Shown: positions 1-8,677 of the stretch, in pieces
Layout: each line of letters opens with the position of its first letter
Numbering within the stretch: position 1 is the stretch's first letter
Source: an uncultured Planctomycetia bacterium
GTDB taxonomy: Bacteria > Planctomycetota > MHYJ01 > WSZJ01 > CAZWCX01
NCBI GenBank assembly: GCA_964632945.1
Contig: CAZWCX010000020.1
Location: 8,596 to 72,595 of the forward strand
Length of the DNA stretch: 64,000 nucleotides
Reading direction: 5' to 3'
The notes under the pieces: generated by a model
Seen by the model: the letters and a program-made list of their open reading frames with translations, nothing else
Told to the model about the DNA's origin: nothing
Databases searched by the model: none
Translations under genes and position numbers: made by a program

Positions 1-263
1 CGACGGCCTCCTCGAATCCCCGCAGTTTCGCCCCGTAGCAGCCGCACATCTTGTGGATGACCAGCCAGGAACCGACCACGAGGGGCATGAGGTGAAGGTA
101 GGTCGCCACGAATTCGGGCGACTCCCGCTTGGTGAACTGATCGACCAGCCAACCGTACCGGAGTTGGACGGCGGCCAGATAGGCCACCGACAGGGCGACC
201 GCGTCGCTCAGCAGGAGCGTGAGCTTGTACGAATATTCGCGCGTCTGGACCATCCGCCCGCCT
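1..263 (-). CDS. Polyprenyl-phosphate glycosyl-phosphotransferase (bacterial sugar transferase family), N-terminal part. The gene runs off the left edge of the window.
   Basis: The minus-strand translation from ATG at 263..261 reads MVQTREYSYKLTLLLSDAVALSVAYLAAVQLRYGWLVDQFTKRESPEFVATYLHLMPLVVGSWLV..., the typical hydrophobic N-terminus of WbaP/WcaJ-type exopolysaccharide sugar transferases. GGAGAAGG sits just upstream of the ATG. It is absent from the ORF track because it has no in-window stop. Confidence 0.5.
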
Positions 264-334
264 TCTCCCGGGGAGCGACCCGAAGGAACAAGCCCGCCAC
301 CATACCTGCGCGGCCGCAACGCGTCAACGATCGC

Positions 335-562
335 GTGGACGGAACCGGCCGCTGGCCCGGATATTCATGAAGCCGCGTCTGCGGCATCGGGCAGAATCCG
401 CCCGCGGGCTCCGCTGGCGGCGTCAGCAGCCGGGACCGCGGGGCGACCGGCGGGTGACACGGTGTCGCACGTCGGGCGAGGCAGTCCTGCTCTGGACGGC
501 CTTCATGGTCGGCCGGAGCCGGATGGTTCGCGAACCGCGAAGCGGTTCGTCATGGATCCGGG
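335..562. repeat. Copy A of a ~230-bp conserved intergenic element. It is about 86% identical to 10168-10394 and lies between the HK stop (563) and the sugar-transferase start (263).
   Basis: Direct comparison with 10168-10394 shows long identical runs: tcatgaagccgcg, atccgcccgcgggct, gaccgcggggcgaccggcg, ggcgaggcagtcctgct, ggtcggccggagccggatggttcgcgaaccgcgaag. It contains the palindromes ggttcgcgaacc and gacac-n-gtgtc. Confidence 0.75.
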
Positions 563-2403
563 CTACGCGGGGGACTCCGGGACGGAGAACGGCCGCCAGG
601 GCGCGGCTCCGGGCTCGAGTTCGATGCGATAGACGGTCCCCTCCTCCGGCACGTCGCGGGCGTCGATCCGGCAACCGAGGAGGTGGCAGAGTGCGCGGGA
701 CAGGGTGAGCTCGAGCCCGGGGCCGAGCCCGGGGGCGCCGTCGGTGCTGGGGGTGTGGAAGAGATCGAACATCGAGCCCGGCGCGTCGCGCGGGATGTGC
801 GCGCCCGGGTGGATGACTTCGATCGTCGCGGGACGCCCGCCGTCCCCGCCCGCGCCGACGCGGACCAGGATCCGGCCCGGCCGCGAGCCCTTGAGCGCGT
901 GGTCGATGACGTGGAGGAGGACCTGCCGCAATTTCACGGGGTCCGTTTCCAGCGGCGACAGCCCATCCGGAATCTCCGCGGCCAGTTCCACGCCCCGCGA
1001 CCGGGCCGGGAGTTCCAGCAGGTCGAGAACGTCGCGCACCAGCGCCCCGACCGAGACCGATCGGGTCGAGACGTCGACCCGGCCGGCTTCGATGCGCGAC
1101 AAGTCGAGGATCTTGTCGATCATCGCCAGCAGGCGGCTGCCGTTGTCGCGGATCTTCTCGGTGTAGGTGAGATCCTGGTCGCCGAGACGGCCCTCCTTGT
1201 TCTTGCGCAGGACGTTGGCGAAGCCGATTACCGAATTGAGGGGAGTGCGCAATTCGTGACTCACGTTGGCCAGGAACCGGCTCTTGGCCCGATTGGCCTC
1301 CTCGGCCGCGGTCTTGGCCTTCAGCAGCTCATCCGCCGCCTTGCGGTCGGTGATGTCATGTCCGACCGCGTAGAAGACCTGGTCTTCCGGGGACGGACCC
1401 GCGCTCCACAGAAACCAGCGCCAACCGCCGTCCTTGGTGCGAAGCCGCGCCTGGAAGGAGATCACCGACTCGCCCGCGCCCAGCCGGCGCACCAGATCTT
1501 CCGCGGCCGCGCGCTCCTCCTCATGGGTCAGGTGCAGGAATGAGATCGACTGCAACTCGGCGCGCGTGAATCCCGTAACCTTCTCCCAGGCCGGATTGAC
1601 CCGCCGGAACTGGCCGTCCAGTCCGCCGATGAAAAAGAGGTCGACGGCGAGCATGAAGAACTGGTCCAGCTCGGCGACCGCGCGCTTGCGCCGCGTGGTC
1701 TCGATGGCGAGTCGTTCGCGCAGGCCGACGGGACCGCGGAGATAGGCCTCGGCGTAGTGCTGGATGAAACCGGCGAGCCGCGGCTCCTCCTCGAGCAACG
1801 GCGTGAGGGTCGCGCGCACGTTGGGCTCCGACTCGGCGGACACCTGCGGGTGCATTTCGGACCATTGATGGCAGGCACGGAGGTGTTGCAGCAGGCAGGC
1901 CCAGGCCTCATACTTCCGGGAGCCGAGGACCCGCGCCAATTCGGTGCGGGCGCGTTCCGCGCCCGCCGGCTGCAGGTAGAGCAATTCCGTCAGCCAAAGC
2001 AGGTCCGCTTCCATCTCGCCGCCGGGGGCCGGCCAATCGGCCATCGACCCTGGGCTGATCGAGAGCCGCTCCACCGCCGCCTCGGCGTCCGCTTCCCCCG
2101 TGGGCCCGGGCTCGCGCAGCAAGGTGAAGATCTCCCGGCCCGGCACCCCGAGCGCGCGCAGGGCGCAAAGGTGGTGAACCAGGGCGTAGGACACGGGACA
2201 GGCACGCGACAGGCGGGTGCAGACCAGTTCCCGCAACCGGGGCGGGATCGGGGAATCCCAGTACCCGGCGCGCTCCTGCCGCCAGAGGACCGCCGCCATC
2301 TCCGCGGAGGTGCCGGGAGCGGTGAGCAGGGCCGGGACGTACCCAAGCCGGTCCTGGATTTCCTGTCGCAGGGTCTCCGGGAGGGCCCGGGAGCCCGCGA
2401 GCA
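563..2403 (-). CDS. PAS-domain sensor histidine kinase
   Basis: H-box motif ANVSHELRTPLNSVIGF, then a HATPase region (GLGLTLSRALCHLLGCRID), with a PAS-like region upstream. The start was taken at the ATG that encodes MLAGSRALPETLRQ (cat at 2401-2403). The upstream 284 aa of the track ORF 563..3256 are R/G/P low-complexity sequence overlapping the next gene, and I treated them as spurious. Confidence 0.7.
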
Positions 2404-2412
2404 TCCCGTGGC

Positions 2413-4323
2413 TCACGACCGTCGCTCCTCTCTGGCCCGGAGATCCAGATCGCGCAGGGCCTGCTCGAGATCGCGCTCGACCTTCTCCCAGCTCTGGTAC
2501 GCGGGGATACTCTCGGCCTCGACTCTCCCCAGGTCCGCGCGCACTTCCTCCCGGTCGCTGACCAGGACCACGGGAAGCCGCCGCAGACGGGTCTCGCGCC
2601 GGATCGCGTCGACGAACGGAAGACCCTCCCGCACCGGCGCGGCCAGACCGACGATGACCAGGTCGGGCGTGACCAGCCGCATACGCTCCATCGCCTCCGC
2701 GCAGGAATCGACGGCCAACAGTCGCGCCCCGGCCTCTTCCAGGTATTCCGCCATCAGCCGGCGGTCGTCCTCGTCCTCCTCGATCAGCAGGGCGAGAGGG
2801 GCGGGGGATCCGAACGAACGCTGCAGCAGGGCGCGCACGTCGCGGCGCGTGACCGGCTCGTCCAGGAAGTCGACCGCGCCGAGCACGATGCCCCGATTTT
2901 CCCTCGCCACGACGCTGACCACGACGACCGGAAGGTCGCGCGACTCCGGATCCGCGCGCAGCGCCCGCAGCACGTCCCAGGCACAGATGCGCGGCATCAT
3001 CAGGTCCAGGAGGATGAGATCCGGGCGTTGTTCCCGCGCCAGCCGCAGACCCTGCTCCCCGGAAGTGGCATGAATGGTTTCGAATCCGGCCCCTTGGACC
3101 CAGCGGGTGAGCAGGAGTCGGGAGTGGGACTCGTCGTCGATGACCAGGATCCGCGGGGACCGGAATCCGGCGGGGACCGGACGGGTCCCCGCGGGGTGGG
3201 AGCGGGACTCCGAACCGGGCCGTTCCGCGCCCGCCGGGGCGACCCGGATCGGCCACCCGAGGTGGACGCTGAAGGTGGAGCCCTTTCCCGGTTCACTCGC
3301 CGCGTCGATTCGAAACCCCATGCGATCGCAAAGCGAACGGGAGATCGCCAGTCCCAGCCCGGCCCCCTCCGCCGCCCGCGGACGCCCCGGATCGTTTTGA
3401 AACGGTTCGAACAGCGCCGCGACCTGGGCGCGCGCCATCCCCACGCCGGTATCGGCCACGTCGATCCGCACGGGACGCCGCGTCGACGGATCGACCTCGA
3501 CTCGCACGACCACCGATCCACGCGGGGTGAACTTGATCGCGTTGCCGATGAGATTGACCAGCACCTGCTTGAGTCGGTCGGCATCGGTTTGAATCGGCAG
3601 CGCCTCCGAGGGGAGCTCCGCAACCAGGCGGACCTCGCGTTCGCCGACCTGCGACTCCATCTGCGCCATCGTCTCCTTCACCAGCGTCTGAAGGGAGACG
3701 GGCGCGATCCTGAGTTCGAGATGGCCGGACTCGATCTTGGAGAGGTCGAGGATCTGGTTCACCAGGTTAAGCAGGTGAAGGGCATTTTCGTGGACACGAC
3801 CGACATAGGTCGCGTCCTGTTCGCCCAGGATGGGCGCGCCTTTCTTGAGCAGCAGGCGGGAGAAGCCGATGATCGAGCTCAGGGGGGTGCGCAGTTCGTG
3901 GCTCAGATTCGCGACGAACGAACTCCGGGCGTTGTCGACGTCGGCGGCCCGTTCGGCCGACATCTTGAGGGACTCCGTCTGGCGCTTGAGCACTTCATTC
4001 AGACGGCGGAGGGAAGTCTCACGCTCAAGCGCTTCGCGCAGGCGAAGGTCGAAGGCCGAAATGGCGGCGGCGAGGAAATCCGCCGCGCGCGCGGCGAGGG
4101 AAGTCCCGGCATCGCCGCGCTCCGCCAACGCCTCGGCCAACCCGGCGCGGTGTACCGCCAGGAGATCGCCCAACCCGAGGCCGTGCTGCAGCGCTTCCGG
4201 CCCCAGCGCGGCCGCCTCCTCCGCACCATGAGCCCTCTCCGCCGCAGCGAGGCTGCGGCGCAGCGCATGGGCATAGCGCTCGGAGAAGGAAAGGGGCGCA
4301 GAGTCGATGGCGCTTCTCCTCAT
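2413..4323 (-). CDS. Hybrid sensor histidine kinase with two C-terminal receiver domains
   Basis: HisKA motif FVANLSHELRTPLSSIIGF, a HATPase region (DTGVGMARAQVAALFEPF...GLGLAISRSL), then two REC domains (RILVIDDESHSRLL...DLILLDLMMP and a second APLALLIEEDEDDRRL...DLVIVGL). The start is the ATG encoding MRRSAIDS (4321-4323). The track's start at 4392 is a TTG and would overlap the upstream REC gene. Confidence 0.7.
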   Translation of the reverse strand: MRRSAIDSAPLSFSERYAHALRRSLAAAERAHGAEEAAALGPEALQHGLGLGDLLAVHRAGLAEALAERGDAGTSLAARAADFLAAAISAFDLRLREALERETSLRRLNEVLKRQTESLKMSAERAADVDNARSSFVANLSHELRTPLSSIIGFSRLLLKKGAPILGEQDATYVGRVHENALHLLNLVNQILDLSKIESGHLELRIAPVSLQTLVKETMAQMESQVGEREVRLVAELPSEALPIQTDADRLKQVLVNLIGNAIKFTPRGSVVVRVEVDPSTRRPVRIDVADTGVGMARAQVAALFEPFQNDPGRPRAAEGAGLGLAISRSLCDRMGFRIDAASEPGKGSTFSVHLGWPIRVAPAGAERPGSESRSHPAGTRPVPAGFRSPRILVIDDESHSRLLLTRWVQGAGFETIHATSGEQGLRLAREQRPDLILLDLMMPRICAWDVLRALRADPESRDLPVVVVSVVARENRGIVLGAVDFLDEPVTRRDVRALLQRSFGSPAPLALLIEEDEDDRRLMAEYLEEAGARLLAVDSCAEAMERMRLVTPDLVIVGLAAPVREGLPFVDAIRRETRLRRLPVVLVSDREEVRADLGRVEAESIPAYQSWEKVERDLEQALRDLDLRAREERRS

Positions 4324-4363
4324 GCGGATCCCGGAGCCGCCGCAGGCACCGTCCCGTTCACGG

Positions 4364-4771
4364 CTACCGGAGTCGCCGCGTGATCGCGCCAAGCAGCGCC
4401 ATTTCGTCCAGGATCGGCTTGGTCAGATAGTCGTCGAAGCCGGCTTGCAGAAACTTCTCCCGGTCCCCCGCCATCGCATGCGCGGTCAACGCGATGACCG
4501 GCAGCGACTTGAGACGATCGTGCGCCCGAATGTGCGAAAGCACTTCGACTCCATCCATGGTCGGAAGCGAGATGTCCAGGAGCACCAGGTCGGGCATGGC
4601 TCGCTGGAGCCCCTCGAGCGCCTCCTGGCCGTTTTCATACTCCCGAACATCGAATTGGTCATCCAGGATGGCGCGCAACAGCAAGCGATTGTCCGCATTA
4701 TCCTCCACCACCGCAATCGCTTTCTTCACTTCAACCTCCGACCAGGGAGAACCGGAATCTGCCTCGGTCAA
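4364..4771 (-). CDS. Single-domain response regulator (CheY-like receiver)
   Basis: AIAVVEDNADNRLLLRAIL...DLVLLDISLPTMDG...ALTAHAMAGDREKFLQAGFDDYLTKP. The phospho-acceptor Asp and the conserved Lys are in the expected context. Confidence 0.8.
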   Translation of the reverse strand: MTEADSGSPWSEVEVKKAIAVVEDNADNRLLLRAILDDQFDVREYENGQEALEGLQRAMPDLVLLDISLPTMDGVEVLSHIRAHDRLKSLPVIALTAHAMAGDREKFLQAGFDDYLTKPILDEMALLGAITRRLR

Positions 4772-5121
4772 CGGGCCGCCTCGAGCCAGGACTTGACCCG
4801 CGCGTACTCCGCCTCCAATTCGTCCAGCCGGGCGTTCACGTCGCCGAGCCGATTCGCCTCCCCCATTTCCTCCAACCGCTCACAGAGCGCCATCATCGCC
4901 ATGGCCCCCAGCTGTCCGCTGCTGGATTTCAGCGCGTGCATCGGCATCCGAACGGCGGCTCCGTCCCCCGTTGCCCCCCCCGCGCGGGCGCGCGCGATCC
5001 GTTCGGGCGTCTGGCGAACAAACAGGTCGATCAACTGCTGAAGGAGTTTTTCTCCCCCCAGACGCCGAAGCCGTTCGATGGCGGAATCGTCGGTGGCGGA
5101 ACGAGGCGAGACGTCGTACAT
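4768..5121 (-). CDS. Hpt (histidine phosphotransfer) domain protein
   Basis: Hpt signature HALKSSSGQLGAMAM within an all-alpha 117-aa protein. The start is the ATG at 5119-5121, preceded by a GAGGT-like SD. Its stop overlaps the start of the downstream REC gene. Confidence 0.7.
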   Translation of the reverse strand: MYDVSPRSATDDSAIERLRRLGGEKLLQQLIDLFVRQTPERIARARAGGATGDGAAVRMPMHALKSSSGQLGAMAMMALCERLEEMGEANRLGDVNARLDELEAEYARVKSWLEAAR

Positions 5122-5319
5122 GATCGTACCTCACAGCCAGACCCGGGGCGACTTCGCTCTCCCGGGGAGCCTGAACCCGGACCTCGAACTTGCCCGCGCC
5201 GGATTGCGCGGGAGGAGGCTCCCGCCCCCACGGACCGGGCTGAATCCGTTCCATCGGTCACCGTAGCCGACGCCCACGCCGATGTCAAGGCGGCGGCCGG
5301 GCGCGACCCGCCGTGCGCA

Positions 5320-5709
5320 TCAGGACGGCAGGACACACGGCTGGATCTGCCCCCCTTCGATCTGACCGATGACCTCCAGCAGCTCTTCGAGCGAGAACGG
5401 CTTTTCCAGATAGGCCAGGCAACCGTTCATCCGGGCCCGCGATTTGGTCTCCGGGTCCTTCCGTCCCGAGATTACCACGATCGGAATGTCGGAGGTGTCC
5501 CAGTGGCTGGTAATCCACTTCGCGAACTCATGCCCATCGATTCCGGGCATCATGATGTCCAGAAGGACGAGATCGAACCGGGCCATCTGGACGTACACCA
5601 TGGCTTCCCCGGCGGTCGCCGCGGTGGTCACATGGTGTCCGCGCCGCCCCAACAGCCCCCGCAGGAGCGTAAGGGTGTCCTTCTCGTCGTCGATCACCAG
5701 GATACGCAT
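5320..5709 (-). CDS. Single-domain response regulator (receiver)
   Basis: MRILVIDDEKDTLTLL...DLVLLDIMMPGIDG...KPFSLEEL. Its start overlaps the stop of the upstream REC gene at 5709. Confidence 0.8.
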   Translation of the reverse strand: MRILVIDDEKDTLTLLRGLLGRRGHHVTTAATAGEAMVYVQMARFDLVLLDIMMPGIDGHEFAKWITSHWDTSDIPIVVISGRKDPETKSRARMNGCLAYLEKPFSLEELLEVIGQIEGGQIQPCVLPS

Positions 5710-6116
5710 CAGGCTTCTCCTTGCGGCTGCCAGCGCAGCGCCTCTTCCACGCCTTCGACCAGGGTCCGTTCGTGGGCCGGCTTGTACAGGTAACGACAGA
5801 CCGTCTCCAGCCCGTCCAACCCGCTGCCGACCGGAAACGAACTCGCGCCCGTGATCATGACCACCGGAATGCGGGCGGTGGCGGCGCGCTGGGAGAGCTC
5901 GCGGGCGATTTCGATGCCGTTCCGGCCGGGGAGCAGGATGTCCATCAGAATCACGTCGGGTTTGAGGGTCTCCACGCGTTGCAGCGCCTGCTCCCCGCTC
6001 TCGGCGATGTTTACCGCGTAGCCGACGCTCTTCAGGATATGAGAATGCACCATGGCCGTAGCCAGGTCATCTTCCACCACCAGCACCCTTCGGATCCGCG
6101 TCGCGGCCGTGGTCAT
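5709..6116 (-). CDS. Single-domain response regulator (receiver)
   Basis: RVLVVEDDLATAMVHSHIL...DVILMDILLPGRNG...ITGASS...YLYKP. Confidence 0.8.
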   Translation of the reverse strand: MTTAATRIRRVLVVEDDLATAMVHSHILKSVGYAVNIAESGEQALQRVETLKPDVILMDILLPGRNGIEIARELSQRAATARIPVVMITGASSFPVGSGLDGLETVCRYLYKPAHERTLVEGVEEALRWQPQGEA

Positions 6117-6208
6117 CGAGGCTCACCTCAAAACAGGGACCGATGCAGGTCCAAAACCCCAAGGTCCGCCGGCGCGGAACCGAAGTCCCGGCGCCGCCGC
6201 GGAGATCG

Positions 6209-7081
6209 TCACTCGCGCACGCGCACGAGCAGCAGGGGGGACGGCACGGAGTGGAGCACCTTCTCCGTCGTCCCGCCGAAGAACAAGGCCCGGAAACCGC
6301 TGCGACCGTGCGTGGTCATGGCCACCAGATCCGCCCGCCATTCCGCGGCCGCCTTCTGGATCTCGACCGAGGGCTCACCCTGCCGCAGGACAGGCTCTCC
6401 GGCCCGCACGCCCCGCTCCTTCAGTGTGGCGGTCAACCGGTCCAGGTAGACCTTTCCCTCTTCCGTCAGTTTCTTCGCCGGACCGCCGAAGCGTGTGCGC
6501 AGGATCGTGTTCATCGGCACGACATGGAGGAGGCGCACCTCGGCATCACAGCGACGCAGGAATTCGCCGACTTCCTTCAGGATCACCTCTGCGGTCGGCG
6601 ACCCGTCGAGAGGGATCAGGATGCGTTCGAACTTCCCCGGCGGCAGCGACACGTCCGGCACCCCGCCCTCCTGGATGCGAACCAGGAACATGGGGGTCGA
6701 GAGGACGCGGAGACACTTGTGCGCCACGCTGCCGAATCCGTGCCCCGGACGGCCGCTGGCGCCGTGGGTCGCCATGGCCACCAGGTCGATCGCGGTGCCG
6801 CGCACGTAGGTTTCGATCGCCTCGTGCGCCGGTCCGGCCGCCATGTCCCAGCGCACCCGTCCGCCCCGCGATTCCAGAATTCGGCGGAGGGTCTCGAGAT
6901 ACTGCGCGGTCTCCTCTTCGCTGGACAACTTCAAGTCCACGCCTGCCCCCGCCGCGACCGATTCCGCCACTCGCAGCAGGTGGACCTCCGCCTCAAACAG
7001 GTGCGCCAACCGCTCCGCAAACGGCAAGGCATTTTCCGCATACCGGGAGCCGTCCAGCGGGACCAGGATTCTTCGATACAT
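6209..7081 (-). CDS. Universal stress protein with tandem UspA domains
   Basis: Two Usp-like halves: MYRRILVPLDGSRYAENAL...ATHGASGRPGHGFGSVA and ERILIPLDGSPTAEVIL...HGRSGFRALFFGGTTEKVL. It is the first gene of the minus-strand operon that continues into the phosphorelay genes. Confidence 0.75.
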   Translation of the reverse strand: MYRRILVPLDGSRYAENALPFAERLAHLFEAEVHLLRVAESVAAGAGVDLKLSSEEETAQYLETLRRILESRGGRVRWDMAAGPAHEAIETYVRGTAIDLVAMATHGASGRPGHGFGSVAHKCLRVLSTPMFLVRIQEGGVPDVSLPPGKFERILIPLDGSPTAEVILKEVGEFLRRCDAEVRLLHVVPMNTILRTRFGGPAKKLTEEGKVYLDRLTATLKERGVRAGEPVLRQGEPSVEIQKAAAEWRADLVAMTTHGRSGFRALFFGGTTEKVLHSVPSPLLLVRVRE

Positions 7082-7694
7082 GGACTCTCCTTCCCTCTGC
7101 CCCGGCTCGGAGGGGCAAAGTACTCCGGTTTCGGAACTGCTGCACTACTGCGACTCGCAAATTCTACGCCGGGAGAAACCTGTGATCGGCGGAGGTGACA
7201 GCGCCTCGCGCAGATGACCCAAGTGGTTTGGACCGGCGCAATCACGGTGACTCTCCAGACCGAGAATCGCACCGGCGAGCGGGTGGCCAGGACGACGGGC
7301 GTCTCGCTCGTGCGACATTGCCGCTCCGAGATCCCACCATTGTGACAGATTTGCTCGGGGCGATCTTGCCGGCCGGGGGCCGAAGGGACTTTGCGCCCGG
7401 GCGCCGCCGGCGTCGCCCTCCCATTCTCACGGGAGAGGATGCGGCGGCGCGGCTGGACCGCCGGGGGGTTCCCGCTAGAACGCCACGACCGTGCCGAAGT
7501 CGGCACGTGGGTTGCTGCCCTTCATCTTCTGTGCCGTGCGGCGGCGCGAGACGAGTTGGAACCAGGATCCTCCGACGCGGAGCGGGGACCCCTCGGCTTC
7601 GTTCGCGGATCGGCCGAACGGGGAAGAGGAGGCGATTCCCCGGACAGGGAGGGAACGGCGCCAAGGCGAGTGTGGATCCTGCAGGAGGCATCCC

Positions 7695-8606
7695 ATGTTT
7701 GAACGAATCGTCATCCCGCTGAACGGCACGCCGCACGCCGAGGCGGTGATTCCCGAGGCGCTCAAGTACTTCCATTCCCCGAACCTGGAACTCGATCTGC
7801 TCACGGTGGTGGATCCGGAGTCCACGCGCCTCGCCACCGCGGCGCCGACCGTCACCTCGAGCGGGCATGCCGCCAAGGAGTACCTGGATCGGATGGCGCA
7901 CAATCTCGAGGAGCGGGGCATTCATGCCCGCGTGGACGTGCGGTTCGGCCCCACGCCCGCGAAGATCCTGGAGCATGCCACGCAGTCGCGCGCGAGTTTG
8001 ATTGCGATCGCGACGCGCGGCCGATCCGGGCTCGGCCGATTGGTGCGGGGCAGCACGGCAGAGTCGGTCCTGCGGAAGTCGCCGGTCCCGCTGTTGATGA
8101 TCCGCGGCGGGGGCAATCTTCCGGCGGCGGCCGAATCCGCGCGTCCGGGCGGTATACCCCGCATCCTGGTGCCGCTGGACGGCACCATGGAGGCGGAATC
8201 GATCCTCCCGTACGCCCGTTATCTTTGCCGGCGGGTCAAGGGCCGGATCGAACTGTTGCGCGTGATCGAGTTCATTCCCGTCCTGCATGGGGACGAGGGG
8301 GTGATGGAAGGTGCGTTCGACCACGCGACGTTGGGAGCGGGCGACTACCTGCGCGGGATGGGCGACCGGCTGCGGGAGGACGGGCTCGAAGTGGAGCAGA
8401 CGGTCGTCCGCGCGTCCCCGACCGAAGGGATCCTGGACCGGGCGAATTCCGGAACGATCCACCTGGTGGCGATGTCCACGCACGGACGTCGCGGCATCCG
8501 GCGCCTGCTCCTCGGCAGCATCGTGGAGTCCGTGCTCCGCCAGTTGCGGGTGCCTCTCTTCACGATGCGCCTGCGCGCGACGGTCCCGGCATCCGATCCG
8601 TCGTGA
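7695..8606 (+). CDS. Universal stress protein with tandem UspA domains
   Basis: MFERIVIPLNGTPHAE...ATRGRSGLGRLVRGSTAESVL and RILVPLDGTMEAESIL...THGRRGIRRLLLGSIVESVL. The start ATG at 7695 has AGGAGG 7 nt upstream. The track ORF begins at 7491 with an unsupported N-terminal extension. Confidence 0.75.
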   Translation: MFERIVIPLNGTPHAEAVIPEALKYFHSPNLELDLLTVVDPESTRLATAAPTVTSSGHAAKEYLDRMAHNLEERGIHARVDVRFGPTPAKILEHATQSRASLIAIATRGRSGLGRLVRGSTAESVLRKSPVPLLMIRGGGNLPAAAESARPGGIPRILVPLDGTMEAESILPYARYLCRRVKGRIELLRVIEFIPVLHGDEGVMEGAFDHATLGAGDYLRGMGDRLREDGLEVEQTVVRASPTEGILDRANSGTIHLVAMSTHGRRGIRRLLLGSIVESVLRQLRVPLFTMRLRATVPASDPS

Positions 8607-8677
8607 CGTCGGGCCGCTGGGGGTCCGATCCCGACCGGCCGGAGAAGCCCGGCGGGGCGGGGCGCGACCGCGGCCCC

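Noticed and set aside
219-708. Track ORFs 219..632, 367..708 and 423..674, which have 'homologues' at 10168..10398 and 10199..10876
   Set aside because: The protein-level similarity reflects the duplicated ~230-bp DNA element, which reads similarly in every frame. There is no SD or start context, and they overlap each other. I treated them as non-coding repeat sequence.
2404-3256. 284-aa N-terminal extension of the PAS-HK ORF 563..3256
   Set aside because: It is R/G/P-rich, overlaps the C-terminal half of the upstream hybrid kinase gene, and has no domain content. The start was moved to the ATG at 2401-2403.
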